Shown: in pieces, positions 24,831-38,247 of the stretch
How positions within the stretch are numbered: position 1 is the stretch's first letter
Layout of the letters: each line of letters opens with the position of its first letter
From: Ranitomeya imitator
Lineage: Eukaryota
Length of the DNA: 64,000 bases
Assembly (NCBI RefSeq): GCF_032444005.1
Contig: NC_091287.1
Coordinates: forward strand, 31,434,001 to 31,498,000
Direction: 5' to 3'
Translations under genes and position numbers: made by a program
Notes under the pieces: model-generated
What the model was told of the DNA's origin: nothing
What the model saw: only the letters and a program-made list of their open reading frames with translations
Database searches by the model: none

Positions 24831-26450
24831 ATAACTTTACGCCATATCTGTATTATTGTGAGGCCTCCTGCTGACTATTAGATGTATGAGGTTGTTTTGG
24901 GTCCATTGAACCTTCTGCAGCAGAGCCGACTTCCCGGCCTGGATACAATGGCCCCGCATGTACCAAATAGTGATTTAAATGTTCCTTCAGGGAGTAATCC
25001 GTTATCACCGTATGTTCATGTGTTCTCTGTACTGCTGGTAATGGCATCCAATGTCCAAGTCTATGCTTCACTGTGCCTGGCCTTCTGTCTCTTGCACTAT
25101 TTTACTTTTAAAGGGTAGAACTCTGAGGACCCCCCAACAATCCAGATGAGGCCCGAGCATGTGTACCTCTCCATGGGACTGCCGAGATGAGTCCATTGCT
25201 CAGCTGGTCCCACCATGTGACTATGCTCTAATATCCAAAAGTATTATAGGGGTGATTTCTCCATTATCCGCCTTGCTCCTTGTTCTCTACCTTCCACAGA
25301 GAACACAATTGGATCCTTGTGTCATCAGTCACTGATTCCCTTCTCCCCAGGCAATTGGGATGGGGGAGGGCTCCGTTTTTTTTTTGGCGTTACCTCTGTT
25401 CTGCTACATCAATGTCTGTGCGCTTTCTATGTCGGTTGGTTTCTTTTTAACATTGAAATCTGATATAAATATTAAGTCAGAATAGTTCAAGTAGGGTAAA
25501 TGGTTAGAAGGTAACTTTTAATGAGTAAGAGCTCAGCGCAAGAAGACACTACAATAGTACAGTGGTTCCAGGAAAGAAGGTATCGATCTCGCCCCATTCC
25601 TGTAGTGGACCCGAGTACCATGCAAGAGTGTATGGCCAGAAGGGTGAATTAGTAACCTAATATCCCCAGTATAACTGGTGCTCTGCCAAGGACATGACTC
25701 AAGTATGACCTATGAACACCGAGGATATGCCCCGAAAGAATAGTCCACCCAAGGCGTCCCGGCCTCAGCAGGAGAGTGTACTTACAAGAGGCCGTGCAGC
25801 ACTTTGTTTGCTTCTTTTAGGGCTTACTGTCACTGCAGCACCCTGACTTATACCCCTTAGATATGAATCTAATGGATCCTCTTCTGCAAGTACACTCCCC
25901 TGAGGAGGCTTTGCTTTTGAGGTGGAAACGCGTCAGTGGGTTATGCTTCATAGGTTATACTTGGGTACTACCCTTGTCTGGGCGGGAGTTATACTTGGCA
26001 CATTAGGTTACCGGTTCACCCCCTGGCCATACACTCTTGCATTGGCATGTAATAATAATCTTTATTGCATGTGACTTGGGTCCACTACAAGAATTGGGTG
26101 AGAGCTATTCCCCTTTTCCTGGCACTGCCACCACTGAGCATTGTATTATTGTACATATTCTATATCTGAGTGTCCTACGTGCACTCTTCTGCTGATTTAA
26201 TTCTGAAGAGCTAATGTCATTGGTATTGATGGACCTCTTGCTTTGCTATGAAATACTTTACCATGTTTTGGGGATTTTTCTTCTATATTGTTCACATATA
26301 AATAAATGTATTTCATTTCTACAAGATACAAGTGGACTTCATTCTTATATGTGCAGAATGATCATGGTCTGGTGGGTGGGGTGTTTCAGATGTCATAGGT
26401 GAAAAAAAAATAGCTTTTCACCAGTGTTGACTCAGTGTTAGTTTTCTTAA

Positions 26451-26784
26451 GGCTATGTGCCCACGTTGCGGAATAGTGTGTGGATTTTTCAGCACCGGTT
26501 TTGCAAAATCCGCAGTAAAACGCACTGCGTTTTACCTGTGGATTTACCGTGGGTTTTGTGCGGATTCCTATTATGGAGCAGGTGTAAACCGCCGCGAAAT
26601 TGGCACAAAGAATTGACATGCTGCGGAAAATACAACACAGCGTTTCTGTGCAGCATTTTCTGTAGCATGGGCACAGCGGATTTGGTTTTCCATAGGTTTA
26701 CATGGTACTGTACACCACATGGAAAACAGCTGCAAATCCGTAGCGGCTAATCCGCAGCATAATCCGCGACGTGTGCACATAGCC
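26451..26784. mobile_element. Harbinger-like MITE
   Basis: GGCTATGTGC(C/A)CACGT TIRs, TAA TSD. Confidence 0.85.
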
Positions 26785-27272
26785 TAAAAGGGTTGTCCAG
26801 CCTTGAGGTACAAGTCTAGTTACAGACTGCAGGCGTGCGAATCCTCAAAGTACATGCACGTGGATTCTCCAATGATGGGAGTGGGCGATCATAAGCATGC
26901 GATATAGATACGCCTGGCACAATCAGGCTAGACTGTTTCCAGCCTTGCTCAATACACTTGCATTGAGTGAGGCTGCGTACGTCTAGTCGGAATGTGGCTG
27001 AAAGTATGTATGATGGCCAACATGGGTGAATCCTTGTAGTTTAGGACCTGACTAATGTAGAAAGAAGCTTTAGCTAGCATCCTGACTGATACAGAGAGAC
27101 CCCCGGCATAGGAGAGGGCCGGAGGAGCTACAGAAAAAGGACCAAACAATGGGACCACAGGTCAGAGTATAAGCAGGCCATATGTGAAGTTTTGAATATT
27201 AGATGTTTCCAGCAAAGAATACCAGCCCCTCTGTACATTACATGTCTGCCCGGAGGTGAAAAAAGTAATTTA

Positions 27273-27579
27273 CAGCATTTTCCGGCGTATAAGATGACTT
27301 TTTAACCCCTGAAAATCTTCTCAGAAGTCGGGGGTCGTCTTATATGGCGGATGCGGTGCCCTGCGGTCGCCGCATATGGTGCGGGGAGCGGTCCAGATGA
27401 CGACTAGAGAGGCAGAGAAGGGCGGGCTTGATTCACTTACACCTTCCCGATGAGGCACCTAGTCATCGGGACCGCTCCCCGCACCATATGCGGCGGCCGC
27501 AGAGCTCAGCACACGCCGTATAAGATGACCCCCGACTATTTTGAAAGTTGGGGGTCGTATTATACGCTGGAAAATACGG
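27273..27579. mobile_element. pogo/Tigger-like MITE
   Basis: TA-flanked TIRs resembling CCGTATTTTCCGGCGTATAA. Confidence 0.72.
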
Positions 27580-27693
27580 TACTTATTTTCTGGAATGAAA
27601 TATCAAGAATGTTTTAAGGAAAAAAAAAAATAGTTGTGGACAAACCTGTTACAGGTGTGAGACGTGAATCTTGTTGGGAAGATAATGAAACTA

Positions 27694-29569
27694 CAATGCC
27701 TACAAGTAGTATTCAACCCCCTGCAGATTTGGCAGGTTTAATAAGATGCAAATAAGTTAGAGCCTTCAAACAAGAGCAGGATTTATTAACAGATGCATAA
27801 ATCTTACAAACCAAAAAGTTTTGTTGCTCAGTTAAATTTTTTATAAATTTTAAACATAAAAGTGTGGGTCAATTATTATTCAACCCCTAGGTTTAATATT
27901 TTGTGCAATAACCTTTGTTTGCAATTACAGCTAATAATCGTCTTTTATAAGACCTGATCAGGCCGGCACAGGTCTCTGGAGTTATCTTGACCCACTCCTC
28001 CATGCAGATCTTCTCCAAGTTATCTAGGTTCTTTGGGTGTCTCATGTGGACTTTAATCTTGAGCTCCTTCCACAAGTTTTCAATTGGGTTAAGGTCAGGA
28101 GACTGACTAGGCCACTGCAACACCTTAATTTTTTGCCTCTTGAACCAGGCCTTTGTTTTCTTGGCTGTGTGCTTTGGGTCGTTGTCTTGTTGGAAGATGA
28201 AATGACGACCCATCTTAAGATTGTTGATGGAGGAGCGGAGGTTGTTGGCCAAAATCTCCAGGTAGGCCGTGCTATCCATCTTCCCATGGATGCGGACCAG
28301 ATGGCCAGGCCCCTTGGCTGAGAAACAGCCCTACAGCATGATGCTGCCACCACCATGCTTGACTGTAGGGATGGTATTCTTGGGGTCGTATGCAGTGCCA
28401 TCCAGTCTCCAAACGTCACAAGTGTGGTTGGCACCAAAGATCTCGATCTTGGTCTCATCAGACCAGAGAACCTTGAACCAGTCAGTCTCAGAGTCCTCCA
28501 AGTGATCATGAGAAAACTGTAGACGAGCCTTGACATGACGCTTTGAAAGTAAAGGTACCTTACGGGCTCGTCTGGAACGGAGACCATTGCAGTGGAGTAC
28601 GTTACTTATGGTATTGACTGAAACCAATGTCCCCACTGCCATGAGATCTTCCCGGAGCTCCTTCCTTGTTGTCCTTGGGTTAGCCTTGACTCTTCGGACA
28701 AGCCTGGCCTCGGCACGGGAGGAAACTTTTAAAGGCTGTCCAGGCCGTGGAAGGCTAACAGTAGTTCCATAAGGCTACGTTCACACTAGCGTTGTGCGCC
28801 GCTGCGTCGGCGACGCAACGCACGCAAAAACGCTGCGTTTTGCAACGCATGCGTCGTTTTTTGCCGAAATTTGGACGCAAGAAAAATGCAACTTGTTGCG
28901 TTTTCTTGGTCCGACGCTAGCGGCAAAAAAGACGCATGCGTCGCACAACGCAACAAAAAAAAAAACGCATGCGTCCCCCATGTTAAATATAGGGGCGCAT
29001 GACGCATGCGTCGCCGGTCGCAAACACGATGCAAAACGGGAAACGCTAGTGTGAACGTTACCTAAGCCTTCCACTTCCGGATGATGCTCCCAACAGTGGA
29101 GACAGGTAGGCCCAACTCCTTGGAAAGGGTTTTGTACCCCTTGCCAGCCTTGTGACCCTCCACGATCTTGTCTCTGATGGCCTTGGAATGCTCCTTTGTC
29201 TTTCCCATGTTGACCATGTATGAGTGCTGTTCACAAGTTTGGGGAGGGTCTTAAATAGTCAGAAAAGGCTGGAAAAAGAGATAATTAATCCAAACAAGTG
29301 AAGCTCATTGTTCTTTGTGCCTGAACTATTTCTTAATACTTTAGGGGAACCAAACAGAATTCTGGTGGGTTGAGGGGTTGAATAATAAATGACCCTCTGA
29401 AAAGACTTTTCACAATTTAAAAAAAAATAAACAAATAACATTCTTTTTTGCTGCAGTGCATTTCACACTTCCAGGCTGATCTACCGTCCAAATGTCACAA
29501 TGCCAAGTTAATTCCAAATGTGTAAACCTGCTAAATCTGCAGGGGGTTGAATACTACTTGTAGGCACGG
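27694..29569 (-). mobile_element. Decayed Tc1 element with frameshifted transposase (about 27893-29217)
   Basis: TA-flanked TIRs C(A/C)(A/G)TGCCTACAAGTAGTATTCAACCCCCTGCAG; [15 protein letters not shown] and [10 protein letters not shown] lie in broken frames; interrupted by a MITE. Confidence 0.92.
28773..29062. mobile_element. PIF/Harbinger-type MITE inserted into the Tc1 transposase
   Basis: TIR GGCTACGTTCACACTAGCG / CGCTAGTGTGAACGTTACC, TAA duplicated on both sides, Tc1 frame resumes across it. Confidence 0.88.
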
Positions 29570-31182
29570 TAGCAGTTTGTCCGTATAGGCGACACGTGTC
29601 TTGCAGTAATCCATTGTGTCAGTGCCGAGAAATCAAGAGTTCAAGCCACATGCAAATCACTCTGCAAATGCACTGGGGGCGTGTCACTACTCGGTGCACT
29701 GATACGCCCCAAATGCATTTCCAGACCAATTTGCATATGGTTTCAATCCTGGATTTCTCAGTTTCAGTAATAAATTATTCATTATTTTATACAAATTATA
29801 TGGAACAATGCTGAACCAAAACACATTTTTCAGGGTCCGGCAGCTTGTTCACCATTCCCTCTTAGGAATAAGCCAATTCAGGCACCAAATATAGAAGAAT
29901 GGCTCCAGCTACATGATCCCAAAAGACTGAGAACAAAATATCCTCGATATGTAAACCCAGCGAAACGCAGAATAGGAACACTTGTCCCTAGGAACGAAGG
30001 AAGCTGCTGTTTTCTTGGGAATGTTCACACTGAGTTGTATGGGTTTTTTTTGTTTGTTTTTTGAGGCGAAAGCAAACCTGGCTTTCAAGAGAAATTCACG
30101 TCCATAATCCCAAGTATTTTTTAGATGAGATTTTCAGATCTGATTCTGTTTCTAAAGTCTTTTTTTTTCTTTCAGCTTTTTGTCCTGACTACATTGAGCG
30201 GATTCACAAGGAATCTGCATCAGACAAGTCCCCTGTCCCTAGAGGTGACGTTTTCAAAACCTTCCAGGAAAAAAAAAAAAAACTTGCTGTCTGAGCATCA
30301 ACGTAAATTTCCCATTGAGAGTGGAGCCAAGGAGTAGATCATTTAGGTTTTGATGAGAATTTTGAAGCTGAATCGGATTCAAAATCCTTTCTAAATCTTA
30401 GCCAGACTTAGGAATATTTATGCTGTGGTTTTTTTTTTTTTTGTTTAATTTTTCTGGATGGAAATGGAAAATCCACATTGCTATTCACATGCAATTTTCT
30501 GAAATCTGCAACAAACTTCAGGCAAAAGGCTGCAAAAAAAAGATCTGGTTGGATCTTGAAACCTTGGCAAAAACAAGATAGAAATCTATGTCCAGAATCT
30601 CTTTAAAAAAAAATAACGATGGATTTTTCTGCCTCAAAAAAAGAAATTAAGCTGGAAAAAGTCCAATTGAGTTTTTGGAGAATTGCTTGTTGCGGTCGTG
30701 TGGGTGTCACAACGTGGCGCCATTCACCTCTACAGCGCTGTGATGTAGCAGCGGCACCGGCTGACGCCGTATTGCCTCACCGTAAAATCAACTATGATCT
30801 CCATTTTGATAGGTGAGGACTTGAGGATCGGTAGAAGTCTGACCACTGGGACCCTCATCAATAATGATTAGGAGGATCCTTAGTCCTCTGGTTTAATGAA
30901 CAGTTGGTCAATCACGTGCATTGTCGCTCCATCTGACGGACATTGCTGGGCCACCATCACAAGCAGGACATTGGGGGGACCCTTGGTATTTTGATCTGTC
31001 TATAACCTCTAAGGTCAGACCCCAGTGATCACACTTTGTATGACCCCCTTAAAATGCGCCAATCTATGCTTAAAACTCTGTATGTTAATACACACGTGTG
31101 AATGTCCGGGCATGCTGAGAGTTGTAGTTTCTCAACAGCCGAGAAGTCACAAGTCCCCGGAGCTGGAGAACACGCCCAGTAC

Positions 31183-31323
31183 CTGCTGTCCATCCACAAG
31201 TCCCAGCTTCTCGCCCAGCTGTCTGTTGAGCTCCACCATGGTGCTGTCTGTAACTCTGCTGCGATTCTCCATCCAACCCAGATAGACCGGCTGCTCCTCC
31301 CATGTCACCTCTACAGCGCCGCC
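31183..31323 (-). CDS. PEX1: PEX1 exon 2 (GGAVEVTWEEQPVYLGW...LGLVDGQQ)
   Basis: Acceptor tcctccag, donor gtactg, 141 nt phase 0-0; similar to human PEX1 exon 2. Confidence 0.93.
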
Positions 31324-31534
31324 CTGGAGGAAAGATGACAGCGAGCAGTCAGAGTTCTGTGCTACACCATGTACTGACATTTTTTTTTTGTTAAAACTGA
31401 ACACAGGGAGGTATAAAAACAAAAAGCGCACCAATATAGACGGCTTACAAGGGACGATCCTACCAACAGATTCCTCTTAAAATTTATCAGGATTTGGACC
31501 CTCGTGCCCCCCCTGGCATGTGCACAATTGGTTA

Positions 31535-32595
31535 GGGTATGTTCACACAACGCTGCACACATTGAATTCTTGGTGCAGAAATTTGTGCATTTCTTGGCAG
31601 AAAAAAAAAAAAAAACCACATCTTTAATTTGTTTTCTTACTTCCGTTTTTCTTACATATTTTCCCCCACTTAGTAGTTTGGGTGAAATCTGCAGCAGAGC
31701 CCCTGTAAGGCTTTGTTCACATGTTGCATTTTTCTTTGCAGGCAAAACCTGCAGTCTTGGCAGTAAAGAAGCTGCTTCCACCAAACAGGTTTTTCGGGTA
31801 CATTTCTCTTGCGCAGGCTGATACACTTTACTGACTGTTGTTGCTGAGTTTTCTGCACCACAAAAGCAGCAGGAACCGATATCGGAGTTTTTTTGCTCCG
31901 TTTTCGCACTTAATCATTTCTATGGATGAAAAAAAAGCTAAAAGATTTAAAGCGCTGCAATTTTCAAAAATGCAACATTTACCAAATTCTGTCAGGGGGT
32001 AAAAAAACAAGGCTATGTGCACACGTTGCAGATTTCACTGTAGCATTTTCTGTGCAGATTCTGCATTTCTTGGCAGAAAACGCAGGTCAGAATCTGCGCC
32101 TTTTTTTGGTATGTGCGCACGTTGCAGATTTTTGTGCGGATTTCTAACTTTTTTTTTTTTCACCCCTCCAGATTTCTATCATGGGATAGGTGCAGAAACA
32201 CAGCAGATCTGGAAAAATAATTGACATGGTCTTTTTTTTAATCAGCATTTTTTATTTTTGCCATTGATTTACATTGTACTGCGTTTCTGCGCGGAATAAA
32301 ACTCTGCAGATCTGCAACGTGTGCACACGGCCTTAGTGTGTGCAGGAGGTTCCTGATGTCTCGTAGCTTTTGCCGGTTCTGTGAAACGCAACTTTTAGAT
32401 TGCATTAAAATAAAACAGCAAAAAAAAAAAAAAAAAACACAAAATGTGAAGATAGCCCAAGAATTGACGTGCTGCAGATTCAACCTGCAAGTCACAAATG
32501 CGCAGGAGGCCTCAGGATTCTCATTCACTTTGCCAATGACAGGTTTTGTGACAAATCTGCACAGGAAAAAAAAACCACAAGGTGTGCACGCGGCC
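31535..32595. mobile_element. Cluster of nested Harbinger-like MITEs (inner copy 32011-32332)
   Basis: Several GG(C/G)TATGT(G/T)CACAC / GTGTGCAC...GGCC termini with TTA/TAA flanks. Confidence 0.7.
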
Positions 32596-33319
32596 TAAAG
32601 ACCCCGGAGGTCGGCTTCGACCGTATCCTAGGAGTAGGACATCACTTGCACAAATGAAAATATCCCTTTACCGGGATCGTTCAGTACAGAACCTTCCCTT
32701 TAATTGAAAGAACGAGTGCACTAATATGACCACAGACAAAACTCGCCCCCGTCCTGCGCCGTTCACTGCCCGATCGTAGACGCTCCGCACGAGGCGCTGC
32801 AGCAGCCTCCCCTCCCCCAGCGCCACAATTACTCATTAACGTCGCTCTTTTCTCGGCTTCTCCTGGATCAAAGGTTTTATTCTAGGGGACGGTGACGCCG
32901 CAGATCGCACGTACTCGCGGGGCCACGACTAAAAGCGATAATATTCTGCAGAAAAAGAAAAGGACATTTTTGTCTGGCACAGAATAAAATATTTAAAGGG
33001 GAACACACCAAAAAAAAAAAGATGATGGAGGTCAAAGGGCGTGCGCAGAGCAATCTGAGCCGTACCAAAGGGCTCCAGGCTCCCTGACTTCTAGAAATCA
33101 ATGGTGGTGTCAGATCTCACTCAAGCTGCTGTAGAACCACAACTCCCAGCATGCCCTGGCAGCAGCATGATGGGAGATGTAGTTCTACAACAGGGACGAT
33201 CAGAAGCACCTGCATGCGCAGTGAGGACACACTGTGGCCCCCTATATATGAGCTGGAGAGAAGGGGCCCCCAGTCACTGAGTGCACCGCCCGCAGGAGGT
33301 CGGCAGGGGACGCTCTCAC

Positions 33320-33433
33320 CTGTTCCAGGCGCAGCTGTGCGCTGAGCTCGGGTGTCAGGCGCAGGAACGCGTCCTTAGCGCCGGTGAGCGTCACGGTGAC
33401 AGCCGCAGCCCCCGATATCCCCCCTCCCAGCAT
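33320..33433 (-). CDS. PEX1: PEX1 coding exon 1 (MLGGG...LRLEQ, 38 codons)
   Basis: Resembles the PEX1 N-terminus (AAVTVTLTGAKDAFLRL vs human AAVTVAFTNARDCFLHL); donor CAG|gtgaga; lies in CpG-rich sequence. Confidence 0.92.
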
Positions 33434-33993
33434 TCCCCACGGCGGCTCAGATCACAACATCATTCTCCACAGCGCCGGGGACACACCGCTGCTGGACCTC
33501 AGCATTCCACCACTGACAGGGGGGCGACTAATCACAAGCGTCATTCAAAAGTTCCTATATGAAGAATTAAACTTCGTCAGTAATAACGACTAGATTATTA
33601 TACTTTAACAAAAATGCACAAAGGATATCGTATAGGTGTGCATAATATTAATGTTTAAATTTAGAAAAAAATTGTAGATCCCCCCCCTTCAGTATTCTGC
33701 ATGATGGTTTCTTCCGACCAATCAGATTTGTAGTTGGCGTTTCCGGGTACCGTGCAGACACGTGATTTGTAGAGCGTGCCAAGTGTCGTAAAGAATAGTG
33801 TCGCCACTTGTACAACAAGGCGATATAAGGGCGGCCATCATTCCGAAGACCAAGAGCTTTATAAATCAAGCCGTAGGCTTCAAGAAAATGGTTCCTGCAC
33901 AGGCAGACGGAGCAGTGATCGAAGGAGGTCAGTGATAGGAGTGAAAGCGGCCTGGACTCTGGAGGGTTTGATTTAGGAGAAAGAAAGAAGAAC
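33434..33993. promoter_or_regulatory. Bidirectional PEX1/RBM48 promoter, CpG-rich
   Basis: 560 bp between divergent start codons; CCAAT about 33717, E-box CACGTG 33759-64, TTCCGG motif; CpG-rich sequence from about 32700 to 34100. Confidence 0.8.
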
Positions 33994-34101
33994 ATGACGG
34001 ATCCCCGTTTGCAGATAGAAGTTCATCCGCACCACGAACAGCGAAAGATCTGCGCCTCCCGAGCGAAGTACCGAGATGGACGGAATCCGAGAGCAGTCAA
34101 A
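33994..34101 (+). CDS. RBM48: RBM48 coding exon 1 (MTDPRLQ...RAKYRDGRNPRAVK)
   Basis: RAKYR.GR.PRAVK motif of RBM48; donor AAA|gtgggt. Confidence 0.92.
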
Positions 34102-34239
34102 GTGGGTGGGGTCATTATATAACGCTAAATGTGTACAGATTATTGTGGGATTAGAAACACCTGCATACAGAATAGCGAGGACCTGGTACTTGTAGTCCTA
34201 CAACACATGGAAGATGGTGATACAGAGGCAGTAATAATA

Positions 34240-37200
34240 GTGAGTGCAGCTCTGGGGTATAATACAAGATGTAACTCCGGATCAGTAATGTAATGTATGT
34301 ACACAGTGACTGCACCAGCAGAATAGTGAGCGCAGCTCTGGGGTATAATACAGGATGTAACTCAGGATCAGTAATGTAATGTATGTACACAGTGACTGCA
34401 CCAGCAGAATAGTGAGTGCAGCTCTGGGGTATAATACAGGATGTAACTCAGGATCAGTAATGTAATGTATGTACACAGTGACTGCACCAGCAGAATAGTG
34501 AGTGCAGCTCTGGGGTATAATACAGGATGTAACTCAGGATCAGTAATGTAATGTATGTACACAGTGACTGCACCAGCAGAATAGTGAGTGCAGCTCTGGG
34601 GTATAATACAGGATGTAACTCAGGATCAGTAATGTAATGTATGTACACAGTGAAAGCACCAGCAGAATAGTGAGTGCAGCTCTGGGGTATAATACAGGAT
34701 GTAACTCAGGATCAGTAATGTAATGTATGTACACAGTGACTGCACCAGCAGAATAGTGAGTGCAGCTCTGGGGTATAATACAGGATGTAACTCAGGATCA
34801 GTAATGTAATGTATGTACACAGTGAAAGCACCAGCAGAATAGTGAGTGCAGCTCTGGGGTATAATACAGGATGTAACTCAGGATCAGTAATGTATGTACA
34901 CAGTGACTGCACCAGCAGAATAGTGAGTGCAGCTCTGGGGTATAATACAGGATGTAGCTCAGGATCAGTAATGTAATGTATGTACACAGTGACTGCACCA
35001 GCAGAATAGTGAGTGCAGCTCTGGGGTATAATACAGGATGTAACTCAGGATCAGTAATGTAATGTATGTACACAGTGACTGCACCAGCAGAATAGTGAGT
35101 GCAGCTCTGGGGTATAATACAGGATGTAACTCAGGATCAGTAATGTAATGTATGTACACAGTGACTGCACCAGCAGAATAGTGAGTGCAGCTCTGGGGTA
35201 TAATACAGGATGTAACTCAGGATCAGTAATGTATGTACACAGTGACTGCACCAGCAGAATAGTGAGTGCAGCTCTGGGGTATAATACAGGATGTAACTCA
35301 GGATCAGTAATGTATGTACACAGTGACTGCACCAGCAGAATAGTGAGTGCAGCTCTGGGGTATAATACAGGATGTAGCTCAGGATCAGTAATGTAATGTA
35401 TGTACACAGTGACTGCACCAGCAGAATAGTGAGTGCAGCTCTGGGGTATAATACAGGATGTAACTCCGGATCAGTAATGTAATGTATGTACACAGTGACT
35501 GCACCAGCAGAATAGTGAGTGCAGCTCTGGAGTATAGTACAGGATGTAACTCAGGATCAGTAATGTAATGTAAGTACACAGTGAAAGCACCAGCAGAATA
35601 GTGAGTGCAGCTCTGGGGTATAATACAGGATGTAACTCAGGATCAGTAATGTATGTACACAGTGACTGCACCAGCAGAATAGTGAGTGCAGCTCTGGGGT
35701 ATAATACAGGATGTAGCTCAGGATCAGTAATGTAATGTATGTACACAGTGACTGCACCAGCAGAATAGTGAGTGCAGCTCTGGGGTATAATACAGGATGT
35801 AACTCCGGATCAGTAATGTAATGTATGTACACAGTGACTGCACCAGCAGAATAGTGAGTGCAGCTCTGGAGTATAGTACAGGATGTAACTCAGGATCAGT
35901 AATGTAATGTAAGTACACAGTGACTGCACCAGCAGAATAGTGAGTGCAGCTCTGGAGTATAATACAGGATGTAACTCAGGATCAGTAATGTAATGTATGT
36001 ACACAGTGACTGCACCAGCAGAATAGTGAGTGCAGCTCTGGGGTATAATACAGGATGTAACTCGGGATCAGTAATGTATGTACACAGTGACTGCACCAGC
36101 AGAATAGTGAGTGCAACTCTGGAGTATAATACAGGATGTAACTCAGGATCAGTAATGTAATGTATGTACACAGTGACTGCACCAGCAGAATAGTGAGTGC
36201 AGCTCTGGGGTATAATACAGGATGTAACTCAGGATCAGTAATGTATGTACACAGTGACTGCACCAGCAGAATAGTGAGTGCAGCTCTGGGGTATAATACA
36301 GGATGTAACTCAGGATCAGTAATGTAATGTATGTACACAGTGACTGCACCAGCAGAATAGTGAGTGCAGCTCTGGGGTATAATACAGGATGTAACTCAGG
36401 ATCAGTAATGTATGTACACAGTGACTGCACCAGCAGAATAGTGAGTGCAGCTCTGGGGTATAATACAGGATGTAACTCAGGATCAGTAATGTAATGTATG
36501 TACACAGTGACTGCACCAGCAGAATAGTGAGTGCAGCTCTGGGGTATAATACAGGATGTAACTCAGGATCAGTAATGTATGTACACAGTGACTGCACCAG
36601 CAGAATAGTGAGTACTACTCTGGGGTATAATACAGGAGGTAACTCAGGATCAGTAATGTAATGTATGTACACAGTGACTGCACCAGCAGAATAGTGAGTG
36701 CAGCTCTGGGGTATAATACAGGATGTAACTCCGGATCAGTAATGTAATGTATGTACACAGTGACTGCACCAGCAGAATAGTGAGTGCAGCTCTGGGGTAT
36801 AATACAGGGTGTAACTCAGGATCAGTAATGTATGTACACAGTGACTGCACCAGCAGAATAGTGAGTGCAGCTCTGGAGTACAATACAGGATGTAACTCAG
36901 GATTAGTAATGTAATGTATGTACACAGTGACTGCACCAGCAGAATAGTGAGTGCAGCTCTGGAGTATAATACAGGATGTAACTCAGGATTAGTAATGTAA
37001 TGTATGTACACCGTGACTGCACCAGCAGAATAGTGAGTGCAGCTCTGGAGTATAATACAGGATGTAACTCAGGATCAGTAATGTATGTACACAGTGACAG
37101 CACCAGCAGAATAGTGAGCGCAGCTCTGGAGTATAATACAGGATGTAACTCTGGATCAGTAATGTAATGTATGTACACAGTGACTGCACCAGCAGAATAG

Positions 37201-38155
37201 TGAGTGCAGCTCTGGAGTATAATACAGGATGTAACTCAGGATCAGTAATGTAATGTATGTACACAGTGACTGCACCAGCAGAATAGTGAGTGCAGCTCTG
37301 GAGTATAATACAGGATGTAACTCAGGATCAGTAATGTAATGTATGTACACAGTGACTACACCAGCAGAATAGTGAGCACAGCTCTGGAGTATAATACAGG
37401 ATGTAACTCTGGATCAGTAATGTAATGTATGTACACAGTGACTGCACCAGCAGAATAGTGAGTGCAGCTCTGGGGTATAATACAGGATGTAACTCAGGAT
37501 CAGTAATGTATGTACACAGTGACCGCACCAGCAGAATAGTGAGTGCAGCTCTGGAGTATAATACAGGATGTAACTCAGGATCAGTAATGTAATGTGTGTA
37601 CACAGTGACTGCACCAGCAGAATAGTGAGTGCAGCTCTGGGGTATAATACAGGATGTAACTCAGGATCAGTAATGTAATGTATGTACACAGTGACTGCAC
37701 CAGCAGAATAGTGAGTGCAGCTCTGGAGTATAATACAGGATGTAACTCAGGATCAGTAATGTAATGTATGTACACAGTGACTGCACCAGCAGAATAGTGA
37801 GTGCAGCTCTGGGGTATAATACAGGATGTAACTCAGGATCAGTAATGTAATGTATGTACACAGTGACTGCACCAGCAGAATAGTGAGTGCAGCTCTGGGG
37901 TATAATACAGGATGTAACTCAGGATCAGTAATGTAATGTATATACACAGTGACTGCACCAGCAGAATAGCGAGTGCAGCTCTGGGGTATAATACAGGATG
38001 TAACTCAGGATCAGTAATGTAATGTATGTACACAGTGACTGCACCAGCAGAATAGTGAGTGCAGCTCTTTGGTATAATACAGGATGTAACTCAGGATCAG
38101 TAATGTAATGTATGTACACAGTGACTGCACCAGCAGAATAGTGAGTGCAGCTCTA
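34240..38155. repeat. 86/81-bp satellite, about 45 copies (RBM48 intron 1)
   Basis: Unit gtgactgcaccagcagaatagtgagtgcagctctggggtataatacaggatgtaactcaggatcagtaatgtaatgtatgtacaca. Confidence 0.97.
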
Positions 38156-38247
38156 TCATACATATCATTACATAGATGGGGCCTCTTGGGTGGGTTTCTC
38201 TAGTGCTCGGCTGTATTCCTCACCTTTCTCTGTCCTCTCACCTGTAG

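Noticed and set aside
34240-38155. CRISPR-like regular array and many 64-118-aa ORFs
   Set aside because: Head-to-tail identical units with no unique spacers, eukaryotic intron, no cas genes
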